A stretch of 32,000 nucleotides of DNA from Psychrobacter sp. HD31 (lineage in GTDB: Bacteria > Pseudomonadota > Gammaproteobacteria > Pseudomonadales > Moraxellaceae). Below are positions 16,013 to 26,714 of the stretch, piece by piece; position 1 is the first letter of the stretch, and each line of letters begins with the position of its first letter. The stretch covers positions 2,040,001 to 2,072,000 of the forward strand of contig NZ_CP142525.1 of the NCBI RefSeq assembly GCF_051097895.1. The letters run 5' to 3'. The translations under genes were made by a program, and so were the position numbers. The notes under the pieces are model-generated. The model saw only the letters and a program-made list of their open reading frames with translations, ran no database searches and was not told the origin of the DNA.

Positions 16013-17401
16013 ATGACAACTCGTATTGAAAAAGACACCATGGGTGAAATGCACGTGCCAGCAGAAGCATATTGGGGTGCTCAAACACAGCGTAGCCGTG
16101 AAAACTTTAAAATTGGTGGTGAAACCTTGCCTCGTCCAATGATTGAAGCGATGGCGATGGTAAAAAAGGCAGCTGCCTTGACCAATGCTAGCTTTGGTCG
16201 TATCGAAGAACAACAACGAGACCTTATTATTCAAGCAGCTGATGAAGTTATTAATGGTGGCTTGACTGACCAATTTCCGTTAGTGGTATGGCAAACAGGT
16301 TCTGGTACGCAATCAAACATGAACATGAATGAAGTACTTGCCAACCGTGCTAATGAAATCGCAGGTCAAGAACGTGGCTCATATGCACCAGTACATCCAA
16401 ATGACCATGTTAACCACGCACAATCAACCAACGACAGCTTCCCAACTGCCATTCGTGTGGCAGCCGCTCGTCAGATTAACAGCTTGTTAATCCCTGCGGT
16501 AACTGCCTTACGTGATACCATGAATGTTAAAGCAGAGGAATTTAAAGACATCGTAAAAATTGGTCGTACACACTTACAAGACGCCACGCCATTGACTTTG
16601 GGTCAAGAATTTGGTGGATATGCGGCTCAACTCGACTTAGCACTTGTGCGTATTGACAATGCCTTACAAGGTTTGTATCAATTACCACTTGGTGGTACAG
16701 CAGTAGGTACTGGTCTAAACTCTCACCCTGACTATGCGGTTAAGGCAGCTGAGCAACTTGCTGAGTTGACGGGTTTACCATTTGTCACTGCGCCTAACAA
16801 GTTTGAAGCACTGGCTGCTCGTGATGCAGAAGTATTTGCTTCAGGGGCATTAAAAACACTAGCTGCCAGTTTAAATAAAATTGCTAATGACGTGCGTTGG
16901 TTATCTTCTGGTCCTCGTTGTGGTATTGGTGAGATTAAGATTCCTGAAAATGAGCCAGGTTCTTCAATCATGCCAGGTAAGGTTAACCCAACTCAATCAG
17001 AGGCAATGACAATGGTTGTGTCTCAAGTTATGGGTAATGACACCACCATCAATTTAGCGGGTGCATCTGGTAACTTTGAGCTTAACGTATTTAAGCCTGT
17101 TATTTGCTATAATCTACTGCAATCTATCAAGCTACTAGGCGATGCTTGTAACAGCTTTAATGATAACTGTGCTGTGGGTATTGAGCCAGTAACCGAAAAA
17201 ATTGACCATTACTTGCATGATTCATTAATGCTAGTAACCGCATTAAACCGCTTTGTTGGTTATGAAAATGCGGCTAAAATCGCTAAAACTGCCTACAAAG
17301 AAAACAAAACATTAAAACAAGTTGCTGTTGAGCTTGAATTAATGACAGAAGCTCAGTTTGATGAGTGGGTTAAGCCAGAAGAAATGGTGAGCCCAAAATA
17401 A
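16013..17401 (+). CDS. fumC: Class II fumarate hydratase
   Basis: 462 aa with the fumarate lyase signature [11 protein letters not shown]. The N-terminus is [26 protein letters not shown]. Confidence 0.95.
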   Translation: MTTRIEKDTMGEMHVPAEAYWGAQTQRSRENFKIGGETLPRPMIEAMAMVKKAAALTNASFGRIEEQQRDLIIQAADEVINGGLTDQFPLVVWQTGSGTQSNMNMNEVLANRANEIAGQERGSYAPVHPNDHVNHAQSTNDSFPTAIRVAAARQINSLLIPAVTALRDTMNVKAEEFKDIVKIGRTHLQDATPLTLGQEFGGYAAQLDLALVRIDNALQGLYQLPLGGTAVGTGLNSHPDYAVKAAEQLAELTGLPFVTAPNKFEALAARDAEVFASGALKTLAASLNKIANDVRWLSSGPRCGIGEIKIPENEPGSSIMPGKVNPTQSEAMTMVVSQVMGNDTTINLAGASGNFELNVFKPVICYNLLQSIKLLGDACNSFNDNCAVGIEPVTEKIDHYLHDSLMLVTALNRFVGYENAAKIAKTAYKENKTLKQVAVELELMTEAQFDEWVKPEEMVSPK

Positions 17402-17420
17402 ATAATTAGCAATGATGATA

Positions 17421-17447
17421 AAAGACTGCCAAAAGGTGGTCTTTTTT
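17421..17447 (+). terminator. Rho-independent terminator after fumC
   Basis: AAAGACUGCC-aaaa-GGUGGUCUUU (with two G.U pairs) is followed by a T-run. It lies 20 nt after the stop. Confidence 0.6.
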
Positions 17448-17471
17448 ATGACTTATGTGGTTTTTTACAGA

Positions 17472-17499
17472 TTGACAGATAGTAGTTGTAGTGTAATAT
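17472..17499 (+). promoter_or_regulatory. Sigma-70-type promoter for the carbonic anhydrase-gloA pair
   Basis: TTGACA-16 nt-TAATAT, ~60 nt upstream of ATG 17559. Confidence 0.5.
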
Positions 17500-17558
17500 T
17501 TACACTTGTTCACTCAATATTAAGCAATGAATTGATACCATAAAAGGGAAATAGAAGA

Positions 17559-18191
17559 ATGAGTAAAGTAACTGGCGAGCAAGCTTTGTCAATGTTAAAA
17601 GAAGGTAATGACAGATACGTAGCAAGCCTAAGTGATAAAGATGGATTAATACAAACCACTCCCAAACTTGTTTCGGTTGATGAGCAAAACCCTGTTGCCA
17701 TTATTTTAGGCTGCTCGGATGCACGAGTGCCTGTTGAACTGGTTTTTGACCAAGGTTTGGGTGATTTGTTTGTGATACGTGTAGCGGGCAATGTGGTGGC
17801 ACCCTCGCAAATTGGATCTGTTGAATTTGCTGCCGAAAAATTTGGCACACGTTTGGTTGTAGTGCTTGGGCATAGCCATTGTGGTGCTGTAACAGCCTGT
17901 GTAGAGGCATTGATGAACCCAGAACAAAAGCAATCGCCAAACATTCGCTCGATTGTTGATAGAATTAGCCCAAGTGTGTATAACCTGCATGAGATTGCTG
18001 CCGCAAGTGGCGAAGAAGTCGATATCAATATGCTTATTGATAGATCAGTACGTGCCAATGTTCGTATGTCGGTTAGTCAGTTAAAGCATGGTTCAAGGAT
18101 TATTGAAGACATGGTGGATAGTGGAGAATTGCTGGTAGTTGGTGCAGAGTATGATTTAAAAACAGGTAAAGTGAAGTTTTTGAATAATTGA
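17559..18191 (+). CDS. Beta-class carbonic anhydrase
   Basis: Zinc-ligand and active-site motifs CSDARVP and GHSHCGAV, plus FVIRVAGN. Confidence 0.9.
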   Translation: MSKVTGEQALSMLKEGNDRYVASLSDKDGLIQTTPKLVSVDEQNPVAIILGCSDARVPVELVFDQGLGDLFVIRVAGNVVAPSQIGSVEFAAEKFGTRLVVVLGHSHCGAVTACVEALMNPEQKQSPNIRSIVDRISPSVYNLHEIAAASGEEVDINMLIDRSVRANVRMSVSQLKHGSRIIEDMVDSGELLVVGAEYDLKTGKVKFLNN

Positions 18192-18215
18192 TTAATAACA
18201 TTAGGTTTAAAAAAT

Positions 18216-18758
18216 ATGAATAATTACGAACAATCAAACAGTGTATTAAAAGTGAACATTTTGGATGATACGCCTGTAGAGAGTAACGGCTTTATTTTTA
18301 ACCATACGATGTTAAGAGTAAAAGATCCTGAAAAATCGTTAGCATTTTATACTAAAATTTTGGGCATGACGCTATTGCATATCAAGCGTTTTCCTCAAAT
18401 GGCATTTGATTTGTATTTTTTAGCAAAGCTGACAGAAGAAGAACGTCATAATCTACCAAAAGATGACAAAGAATTAGCAATTTATACATTTCGTCAGCGT
18501 GGAATTTTAGAGCTTACTTATAATTATGGCACTGAAGCGCAAGCCGATTTTTCTTACCATGATGGCAATGCTAAACCGCAAGGTTTTGGGCACATCTGCT
18601 TTAGTGTACCCGATTATGAAGCAGCTATCGCCTGGTTTGATGCCAATGGTGTTGAATATGTTAAACGCCCAGAAGATGGCAATATGAAAAATGTGGCGTT
18701 TATTAAGGATGTCGATGGCTATTGGATAGAAATTGTGCAAGCAGAAAACATGGTCTAA
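18216..18758 (+). CDS. gloA: Lactoylglutathione lyase (glyoxalase I), long eukaryote-like form
   Basis: Motifs FNHTMLRVKDPEKSLAFY, ILELTYNYGTE, GFGHICFSV and GYWIEIV. It starts 24 nt after the carbonic anhydrase gene. Confidence 0.9.
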   Translation: MNNYEQSNSVLKVNILDDTPVESNGFIFNHTMLRVKDPEKSLAFYTKILGMTLLHIKRFPQMAFDLYFLAKLTEEERHNLPKDDKELAIYTFRQRGILELTYNYGTEAQADFSYHDGNAKPQGFGHICFSVPDYEAAIAWFDANGVEYVKRPEDGNMKNVAFIKDVDGYWIEIVQAENMV

Positions 18759-18845
18759 CATCTTTTGCGTGCTAGTTAAAATAGGTATGGTGCCGCATAG
18801 TAATAGCCATGCTAAACATAACGCAAAATACAGATGATAGGGCAG

Positions 18846-18880
18846 AGATAGGGTGAGTTTGTTATGAATTCACCCTATCT
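18846..18880. terminator. Perfect 11-bp hairpin between convergent gloA and the cytochrome c' gene
   Basis: AGATAGGGTGA-13 nt-TCACCCTATCT. Flanking T/A tracts are only moderate. It is the only strong hairpin in the 202-bp convergent spacer. Confidence 0.5.
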
Positions 18881-18960
18881 TAATTTATCAGTTTCTTAAC
18901 ATAAGCCAAATGATTTGTTGATTTTTTTTCTAGATAAAAGGCTAATGTATTTTTAGTTAT

Positions 18961-19461
18961 CTATTCCGCTTTATATATTGTGTGGCAGCTTTGGCACCCA
19001 GCACCAACCCCTGCAAATGCGGTTTTAACTTCATCTACACTTTTAGCATTTTGTGCGATGTCATTTAGCCCTGCCGATACTGCTTTAAACATTTCTATTT
19101 GAGTTGCAAAGCCTTCTTTATCATTCCAAACTGCTTCGGTAGACCCACCAGCACCTGCCGATTGGTCATCAAAGTGTTCCCATGATTTTTCTGATGTTTC
19201 TGCTAAAAAGGCAGCCTCTTTTTTAAAGGTATTTGCATCAAATTTATCTGGATTTTTAATCATATTGCCCATAACCCCCATTGCATCGTTTAAGTCATGC
19301 ATGGTTGCTTGGCGGGCGTCTACAGGGTTTATGTTACCGGCGGAAGCTTCATTATCTGAAGCTGTTTTATTGTCTACAGATCCACCACAGGCAATTAGGG
19401 AAAAGGTAGAAGCAATCAATGCAGAGGTGGCTAGCGTTTTTAGGCTGGCTAATGTATTCAT
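18961..19461 (-). CDS. cycP: Cytochrome c' (class II c-type cytochrome), lipoprotein form
   Basis: The track ORF extends to 19575. I prefer ATG 19461 (AGGA 7 nt upstream), which gives MNTLASLKTLATSALIASTFSLIAC with a lipobox (LIAC). The C-terminal haem site is CQSCH and the length is typical of cytochrome c'. Confidence 0.8.
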   Translation of the reverse strand: MNTLASLKTLATSALIASTFSLIACGGSVDNKTASDNEASAGNINPVDARQATMHDLNDAMGVMGNMIKNPDKFDANTFKKEAAFLAETSEKSWEHFDDQSAGAGGSTEAVWNDKEGFATQIEMFKAVSAGLNDIAQNAKSVDEVKTAFAGVGAGCQSCHTIYKAE

Positions 19462-19666
19462 TGTTTTATCCTGTTTTAACGTATATTTTGGCGAGGCTAT
19501 TATGCTGGATTGCTTTTTAAGTAAGCATAACTTAAGTAGCCATAACCTGCTATCAATAACAGATGTTATTAACATATCAAAATTGATGCTGAATGTCAGC
19601 TTTATTATTGTTTTTGTATCAAATCAATTTTGTTGGGCAGGCTCGGGTGTAAAACCAAGTGTTTGC

Positions 19667-20683
<1,017 letters not shown>

Positions 20684-21343
20684 TTAATTTTCGGTATGAG
20701 ATGTGTTGACTGAGTTACCATCTAAATCCTCATTCAACATATGTCCCATACGGTCACGCTTGACACTTAAATAATCTGAATTATATTCATTGACGCCAAC
20801 AACCAGCGGGATACGCTCTGTTACTTTAATGCCAAGGTCGGTTAAGTATTTAACTTTATTGGGGTTGTTGGTGAGCACATTTACGGTATTGACAGCTACA
20901 TGGTCTAACATGGGCTTACACATTTCATAGGTGCGTGCATCGGCAGGCAAACCCAGCATTAGGTTGGCATCTAATGTATCATGCCCTTGATCTTGTAGGG
21001 CGTACGCTCTAATTTTATTTACCAGCCCGATACCACGACCTTCTTGACGCAAGTAAAGAATTGCACCACAGCCATGTGCCTGAATCATTTGCATAGCAGA
21101 GTTTAATTGAGGTCCGCAATCACATTTAAGCGAGCTAAAAGCATCGCCAGTTAAACACTCACTATGGATGCGAATCAGGGGTGTTTTTGTTGAGTTTTCG
21201 TCATTTCGTGGTAAACCAACCGTTAACATAACATGTTCTTGCTTGTCATCAGGTGCTTCTGAATCTATAAAAACATGAATATCAAACTCGCCATGTCTTG
21301 TAGGTAATTTGGCTTGGCTGGTAAATTGGTAAGGCATAAACAA
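20684..21343 (-). CDS. ribA: GTP cyclohydrolase II
   Basis: Zinc site and active site [18 protein letters not shown], plus [10 protein letters not shown]. Confidence 0.9.
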   Translation of the reverse strand: MFMPYQFTSQAKLPTRHGEFDIHVFIDSEAPDDKQEHVMLTVGLPRNDENSTKTPLIRIHSECLTGDAFSSLKCDCGPQLNSAMQMIQAHGCGAILYLRQEGRGIGLVNKIRAYALQDQGHDTLDANLMLGLPADARTYEMCKPMLDHVAVNTVNVLTNNPNKVKYLTDLGIKVTERIPLVVGVNEYNSDYLSVKRDRMGHMLNEDLDGNSVNTSHTEN

Positions 21344-21675
21344 CTCAAAGTTTTTTGATAAAAAAAGTGATGAACAGACCTACTATTATGGGGACAAATT
21401 ATAGGTTTTAAATGACTTAGGAGGCAAGATTATACCTGATTTTATTGAAAAACGGTTAATTCATAAAAAATCCATAAATTGACAGTTGGTTGATTAGGCT
21501 TAATGGTAAAAAGGTGCTATTATTACAGACTATTTTAAAACTATGTATTAATTTGCTATCAAGCCATTTTATTTTTAATGTGCACCTTTATAACGTTAAC
21601 TAAAGATTAGCTGTTAAAAAGTGTGGTTGAAAATACTTACGCCAGATAGTATGTATTTTAGGTGTTTTTTAGGTC

Positions 21676-23787
21676 ATGCAACAATCGTCTATCTTACAGA
21701 CAGAGTTAAACAAAACCAATCATAATGTACCCAATATTGAGCCCAATATCGGATATGATAAAAATGGCTCAGATAAACAGGATCTTGCTTCTTTAAAGAT
21801 GAATGGGTCAAATAACTCAGACAACATGATGACTAAAAGACAGCCAAAAAACTTTTCAGAGATTCCTCGCACGCGTCCTTCTACGCCACTTTTAGACACA
21901 ATTAATAGCCCTGATGACTTAACGTTATTAAGCACAAAACAATTATTAACTTTAGCAGATGAATTGCGTGAGTATTTATTATATTCAGCCGGGGTTAGTG
22001 GTGGACATTTTGGTGCAAACCTTGGCACCGTAGAGTTAACCATTGCTTTGCATCATTTATTAAACACGCCAAAAGATCAATTAGTTTGGGACGTTGGGCA
22101 TCAAGCGTATGCGCACAAAGTGTTAACGGGTCGGCGTGAACAACTACCAACCATTCGTTCTAAAGATGGTTTGACAGCGTTTCCTGAACGCAGTGAATCT
22201 GAATATGATAGTTTTGGTGTTGGGCACTCATCGACTGCCATTTCTGCCGGATTGGGTATGAGTGTTGCCATGCGTTATCAACACATTGATGCAACGGTTG
22301 CCTGTGTGATTGGGGATGGCGCAATGACTGGGGGCATGGCGTTTGAAGCAATGAATGATGCGGTACAGCAAAATGCGGATTTGCTTGTTGTGCTCAATGA
22401 TAATGACATGTCTATCTCTTGCGCTACGGGTGGATTCACTCGCCATCTAACGGCATTATGGCAAGCAGGTTATCAAATAGATATTGATGAGCATGGTCAA
22501 GCAAAGATTGCCATTCGACCAGATATGTTGGGGTTCAATAGTCGTTCTCGTCAGCCATTTTTTAATGATGGTCAAGATGTGCCGATTAGTGCGGATAATA
22601 TATTTAGAGCGATTGGCTTTAGTTATTTTGGTCCTTTTGATGGGCATGACTTGCCAGAACTTGTGCGTGTACTTGGACGTGCTAAAAATGTGAAAGGCCC
22701 TGTGCTTGTTCATGTTTATACCACCAAAGGTAAAGGGTTTACGCCTGCAGAAGATGACCCCGTTAAATATCACGCTATTGGCAAGTTACCTTCACCAGAA
22801 CAGGCCAAAACCAATGCAGATGATGCAGTTAAAGCGATTCCAAAATACAGTGAAGTATTTGGGCAATTTATTTGCGATAAAGCAAAGGTGGATAATAAGC
22901 TGTTAGCCATCACGCCAGCTATGGAAGAAGGCTCTGGCATGACTGAATTTGCTCGCCAATATCCAGACAGATTTTTTGATGTTGCCATTGCAGAGCAACA
23001 CGCAGTTACTTTAGCAGCAGGCATGGCAACGCAAGGTGTTAAACCAATAGTTGCGATATATTCAACTTTTTTGCAACGAGGTTATGATCAATTAGTGCAT
23101 GATGTGGCGTTGCAAAACCTTGATGTGACTTTTGCAATTGACCGTGCAGGTTTGGTTGGCGAAGATGGTGCAACTCATGCTGGCGTGTTTGATTATGCCT
23201 ATATGCGCTGTTTACCAAACGTGGTTATTGCGGCACCAAAAGATGAAAACGAATGTTATCACTTGCTAAATACTTGTTATGAATATCCAGGCACTGCTGC
23301 GGTCAGGTACCCTCGTGGTAAAGGTGTGGGGGTAGAAATTAGCCAACCTGCCAAAACCTATGCGGTGGGTAAAGCCAAAGTGGAATCCTCCTATAATAAT
23401 GCTAAGGTTGATAAAAAAGTTGCTATTTTAGCGTTTGGCACTTTGGTTAAAACAGCCGATGCTGTTGCACAAAAACTTGCTGTCGCACAAAATGTGGCAA
23501 TCACTGTGGTTAATATGCGATGGGTAAAACCATTGGATACGGCAATGATTACCCAGCTTATGAATGAGGGTGTGACGCATTTTGTTACGCTAGAAGAACA
23601 TGCTGTGATGGGGGGTGCAGGTAGTGCGGTTAATGAATATCTTGTGAGTATTCAGGCAGATGTGACTTTACTTAATTTGGGTATCCCTGATCGATTCATT
23701 GCACATGCTAGCCATTCAGAACAACTTGCTGATTGTGAGCTTGATGTTGCCGGTGTGTTAAAGCGACTAACTTACTTTTTGATTTAA
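21676..23787 (+). CDS. dxs: 1-deoxy-D-xylulose-5-phosphate synthase
   Basis: Motifs [10 protein letters not shown], the ThDP motif [16 protein letters not shown]...LNDN, and AEQHAVT. The conserved core starts near codon 65. The start is uncertain: ATG 21676, 21799 and 21826 are all in frame and none has a good SD. Confidence 0.9.
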   Translation: MQQSSILQTELNKTNHNVPNIEPNIGYDKNGSDKQDLASLKMNGSNNSDNMMTKRQPKNFSEIPRTRPSTPLLDTINSPDDLTLLSTKQLLTLADELREYLLYSAGVSGGHFGANLGTVELTIALHHLLNTPKDQLVWDVGHQAYAHKVLTGRREQLPTIRSKDGLTAFPERSESEYDSFGVGHSSTAISAGLGMSVAMRYQHIDATVACVIGDGAMTGGMAFEAMNDAVQQNADLLVVLNDNDMSISCATGGFTRHLTALWQAGYQIDIDEHGQAKIAIRPDMLGFNSRSRQPFFNDGQDVPISADNIFRAIGFSYFGPFDGHDLPELVRVLGRAKNVKGPVLVHVYTTKGKGFTPAEDDPVKYHAIGKLPSPEQAKTNADDAVKAIPKYSEVFGQFICDKAKVDNKLLAITPAMEEGSGMTEFARQYPDRFFDVAIAEQHAVTLAAGMATQGVKPIVAIYSTFLQRGYDQLVHDVALQNLDVTFAIDRAGLVGEDGATHAGVFDYAYMRCLPNVVIAAPKDENECYHLLNTCYEYPGTAAVRYPRGKGVGVEISQPAKTYAVGKAKVESSYNNAKVDKKVAILAFGTLVKTADAVAQKLAVAQNVAITVVNMRWVKPLDTAMITQLMNEGVTHFVTLEEHAVMGGAGSAVNEYLVSIQADVTLLNLGIPDRFIAHASHSEQLADCELDVAGVLKRLTYFLI

Positions 23788-23829
23788 GTTGCTTCTTCGT
23801 TTGTGCTTTAGCATTGTTCAATAAAACGT

Positions 23830-23835
23830 TATAAT
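23830..23835 (+). promoter_or_regulatory. Consensus -10 hexamer (TATAAT) upstream of suhB
   Basis: TATAAT lies 59 nt upstream of ATG 23894. There is only a weak -35 (TTTAGC at 17-nt spacing). Confidence 0.3.
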
Positions 23836-23893
23836 GTCTTCAGTTAAATTTTTTTTCTAAACTTATCTTCATTTATCAAAATAGAGAAATCCT

Positions 23894-24721
23894 ATGGAAC
23901 CAATGGTTGTTATGGCAGCACGTGCTGCCCAAAAAGTGGGCGGTGAAATTCTTAACGCTCATAAAAATCGTCATAAAATTGAACTTAATATTGAGTCAAA
24001 AGGGCTAGATGGTCTTGTAACACGTATCGACCGTTATAGCGAAGAGCTAACGATTGAAATGCTAAAACAAAGTTACCCAAATCATTCATTTTTGGGTGAA
24101 GAGTTTGGTTTGCAAGAGGGCAAAGGTGAAGATGCGGATTGGTGTTGGGTGATTGACCCATTGGATGGTACTCATAACTTTGTGCATGGCTATCCTCACT
24201 TTTGTGTATCAATCGCTGTACAGCACAAGGGTGTAACACAACACGCTGTGGTTTATGACCCAGTAAAAGATGAGCTGTTTACTGCTAGCCGTGGTAAAGG
24301 GGCAATGTTAAACCAACGTCGTTTGCAAGTGAGTGACCGTAAAGAAATCAATGGTGCATTTTTTACAACTGGTCACCCTTATGAGCGCAAAGTGGGTGAA
24401 GATGTAAAGCCATTTATTAAACAACATTTTGACAGCCTAGCTAAAATTTGTGAAATGGGTGGACAAGTTCGTCGTACAGGTTCTGCTGCACTAGATTTAT
24501 GTTATGTAGCCGCGGGGCGTTTTGATGGCTATTTTGAAATGTCTATCAAACCTTGGGATATTGCAGCCGGTGAGTTGATTGTAAATGAAGCACGTGGTGT
24601 GGTAGTAGACCACAAAGGCGCACATGAAGCGATGAAAACGGGTTCTGTTTTTGCTTGCAACATCAAGCTGTTAAAACCGTTAATGCAAGCGGTTGTGCCT
24701 GTTTGGGGTAGTGATTTTTAA
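23894..24721 (+). CDS. suhB: Inositol monophosphatase family protein SuhB
   Basis: Aligns with E. coli SuhB from residue 1 (MEPMVVMAARAAQK). Motifs WVIDPLDGT and RRTGSAALDL. Confidence 0.9.
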   Translation: MEPMVVMAARAAQKVGGEILNAHKNRHKIELNIESKGLDGLVTRIDRYSEELTIEMLKQSYPNHSFLGEEFGLQEGKGEDADWCWVIDPLDGTHNFVHGYPHFCVSIAVQHKGVTQHAVVYDPVKDELFTASRGKGAMLNQRRLQVSDRKEINGAFFTTGHPYERKVGEDVKPFIKQHFDSLAKICEMGGQVRRTGSAALDLCYVAAGRFDGYFEMSIKPWDIAAGELIVNEARGVVVDHKGAHEAMKTGSVFACNIKLLKPLMQAVVPVWGSDF

Positions 24722-24815
24722 TATTTTTTATGGCGGTTTGTGTATTGCAGTAACAACTTTAATGCTACTGTAGATATACAATTAAACATAAAAAATATAA
24801 ACAAGGCAGTCCACT

Positions 24816-25718
24816 ATGTCACAAACCCAGCTCATAACGCCTGATCACCAACTTGTTGATACTTTTAATGGATATGAAGTTATCAACAATCGTGGTTTGG
24901 CTTATGGAGATGGGTTTTTTAGTACTATGGGTGTGTATCAGGCAAACATTTTGTGGCAAGACTACCATGTAAAACGCCTAAAAACGCACGCAGCGGCATT
25001 ACAGCTTACTTTAGATGCTGATAAAGTAATGCAACAATTACAAAAAAGTGCTGAGCAACTAGGCGAAGGCATTTTAAAAATGGTTGTGACTCGCAAATCT
25101 CAAAAAGTGACAGGATATGGCTTTATAAACGGGCATGCTGACGTTTATATCAAGCCCATGCCTAGGCAGATGCCATCTTATCATGCCCTTTTAAATTTAG
25201 ATTCTATTGTTATCCAACAACCAATAGCGGTGACTTGCTTAGATGCTAAAATTGCCTGTGTACCGCCAATGCTTGCAGGGCTAAAAACGCTCAATCGATT
25301 AGATAATGTTTTGGCAGCAGGCGAGCTACAGCAATTAAATATTGCTCAACAAACAGCAAATGCAACAACCTTTGGAGAAGGTTTGGTGCAGGATATCAAT
25401 GGTAATTGGATTGAAGGAACCATGAGCAATGTGTTTTATCAGCTAAGCAACGATGAGCTAAACAAGGATGAAGCAACTGCAGTAACATGGTACACCCCGC
25501 CAGTTGATAAATCAGGTGTCAACGGTGTTATGCGTCAGGTACTGATGGAAAAAATCGATAAGGTTAGTGAGCGCTGCTTACAAGATTCAGATTTATCTAA
25601 AATTTCTGCTTTATTTTTTACCAACGCTGTTAGGGGCGTTATCCCCGTTACATCATTCGTTTTGCCAAATCAAAACCAACGCACATTAAACCTCAATGCG
25701 GTATCCGCTTTATTTTAA
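24816..25718 (+). CDS. pabC: Aminodeoxychorismate lyase (class IV aminotransferase fold)
   Basis: Motifs GLAYGDGFFST, GLKTLNRL and SGVNGVMRQ parallel E. coli PabC (QFGDGCFTT, GIKHLNRL, AGVNGIMRQ). Branched-chain or D-amino-acid aminotransferase paralogy cannot be fully excluded. Confidence 0.7.
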   Translation: MSQTQLITPDHQLVDTFNGYEVINNRGLAYGDGFFSTMGVYQANILWQDYHVKRLKTHAAALQLTLDADKVMQQLQKSAEQLGEGILKMVVTRKSQKVTGYGFINGHADVYIKPMPRQMPSYHALLNLDSIVIQQPIAVTCLDAKIACVPPMLAGLKTLNRLDNVLAAGELQQLNIAQQTANATTFGEGLVQDINGNWIEGTMSNVFYQLSNDELNKDEATAVTWYTPPVDKSGVNGVMRQVLMEKIDKVSERCLQDSDLSKISALFFTNAVRGVIPVTSFVLPNQNQRTLNLNAVSALF

Positions 25719-25768
25719 AAACATAAATATTTAGTGATAAATACGGTTTGATTAAATAATAGTAATGA

Positions 25769-25823
25769 GACGGCCATTAAAACCTTTCTATACCTAAAAT
25801 AGCCGTGTGGCTGCTTCTTTTTT
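25769..25823 (+). terminator. Probable terminator region after pabC
   Basis: An imperfect inverted repeat GACGGCCATT...AATAGCCGTG overlaps a short AGCC-gtgt-GGCT hairpin. It is followed by CTTCTTTTTTATTT. Confidence 0.4.
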
Positions 25824-25882
25824 ATTTCTAATCCTGAAAGTGATAAAATATCCCAATATTTACAACCAATTTTATATCAATA

Positions 25883-26674
25883 ATGACAAACGCCAATCAT
25901 AACCTTAAACCCAAGCATGATACCCTTTTTACCACACCGTTAGATAAAGCAAGCCGCTTTAGCTTTGATGAGCAAGTTGTTGCTTGCTTTCCTGATATGA
26001 TACGCCGCAGTGTGCCTGGCTATGGGCAAGTTTTATCTATGTTGCCAATTTTAGCACGTCGCCATTGCGGGTTTCGTCAAACTAATGAGCATGGGCAAAA
26101 AGTAAGTCGGATTTATGATTTGGGTTGCTCATTAGGTGGTGCCACAATGGCATTGCTTAATGAACAAGCAAATGGTTTTAATAGTAATGAAGTGGCGATA
26201 AAAGCCATTGATATCTCGCCTGCTATGACCAAAAAAGCAAAATCTTTACTTGATGAGCATTATCCAAAACATGATATTGAGGTCATAACGGCAGATGTTT
26301 GTGAGCTTGATTTTGAGCCTTGTGATGTGATTGTGATTAATTTAACTTTGCAGTTTTTGCCTGTAAATAGCCGATTAAAGTTACTGCAAAAATGTTATGC
26401 AGCACTTGCAGAAGGGGGGATACTCATCCTTACCGAAAAAACGCACTTAAATAATGAACAAGATGATGCATGGCGGGTTGAGCGTTATTATGACTTTAAA
26501 CGTGCCAATGGCTATAGTGAGCTAGAAATTAGTGGCAAGCGTACAGCGTTAGAAAATGTACTTATTACAGACTCAATGGAACAGCATCATGACAGGCTTG
26601 CCAAAGCTGGTTTTGAACGCAGCATGACTTGGTTTACTTTTTTAAATTTTGCATCAATTGTGGCATTTAAATAA
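25883..26674 (+). CDS. cmoA: Carboxy-S-adenosyl-L-methionine synthase
   Basis: Aligns with E. coli CmoA (FDE.V...[39 protein letters not shown]). Confidence 0.9.
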   Translation: MTNANHNLKPKHDTLFTTPLDKASRFSFDEQVVACFPDMIRRSVPGYGQVLSMLPILARRHCGFRQTNEHGQKVSRIYDLGCSLGGATMALLNEQANGFNSNEVAIKAIDISPAMTKKAKSLLDEHYPKHDIEVITADVCELDFEPCDVIVINLTLQFLPVNSRLKLLQKCYAALAEGGILILTEKTHLNNEQDDAWRVERYYDFKRANGYSELEISGKRTALENVLITDSMEQHHDRLAKAGFERSMTWFTFLNFASIVAFK

Positions 26675-26714
26675 TTATTATCGTTTTAAAAAATATCATT
26701 ACAAGGGCAAAAAA

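Noticed and set aside
15932-16273. 113-aa minus-strand ORF overlapping the fumC start
   Set aside because: It is antisense to the highly conserved fumC N-terminus and has Cys/Phe/His-rich composition unlike a real protein.
17510-18058. 182-aa ORF antisense to the carbonic anhydrase gene and its promoter
   Set aside because: It starts at a TTG with no SD and encodes Ser/Thr/Leu-rich sequence with no recognisable motif. It overlaps a CDS with unambiguous beta-CA zinc-site motifs. Length alone is not convincing, because antisense frames of biased genes often stay open.
21344-21675. FMN riboswitch upstream of ribA, TPP riboswitch upstream of dxs, and an 8-bp inverted repeat AAAGGTGC (21510-21517) / GCACCTTT (21582-21589)
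   Set aside because: I saw no GC-rich conserved cores of either riboswitch, such as a CUGAGA-type TPP motif or RFN helices. An 8-bp inverted repeat with a 64-nt gap is roughly what chance predicts in a 330-bp region.
26649-26714. TTG 26649 start for cmoB overlapping the cmoA 3' end
   Set aside because: The extra 22 residues ([22 protein letters not shown]) do not resemble the CmoB N-terminus. GTG 26715 has a better-placed purine-rich SD. It remains possible, and only experimental start mapping would settle it.
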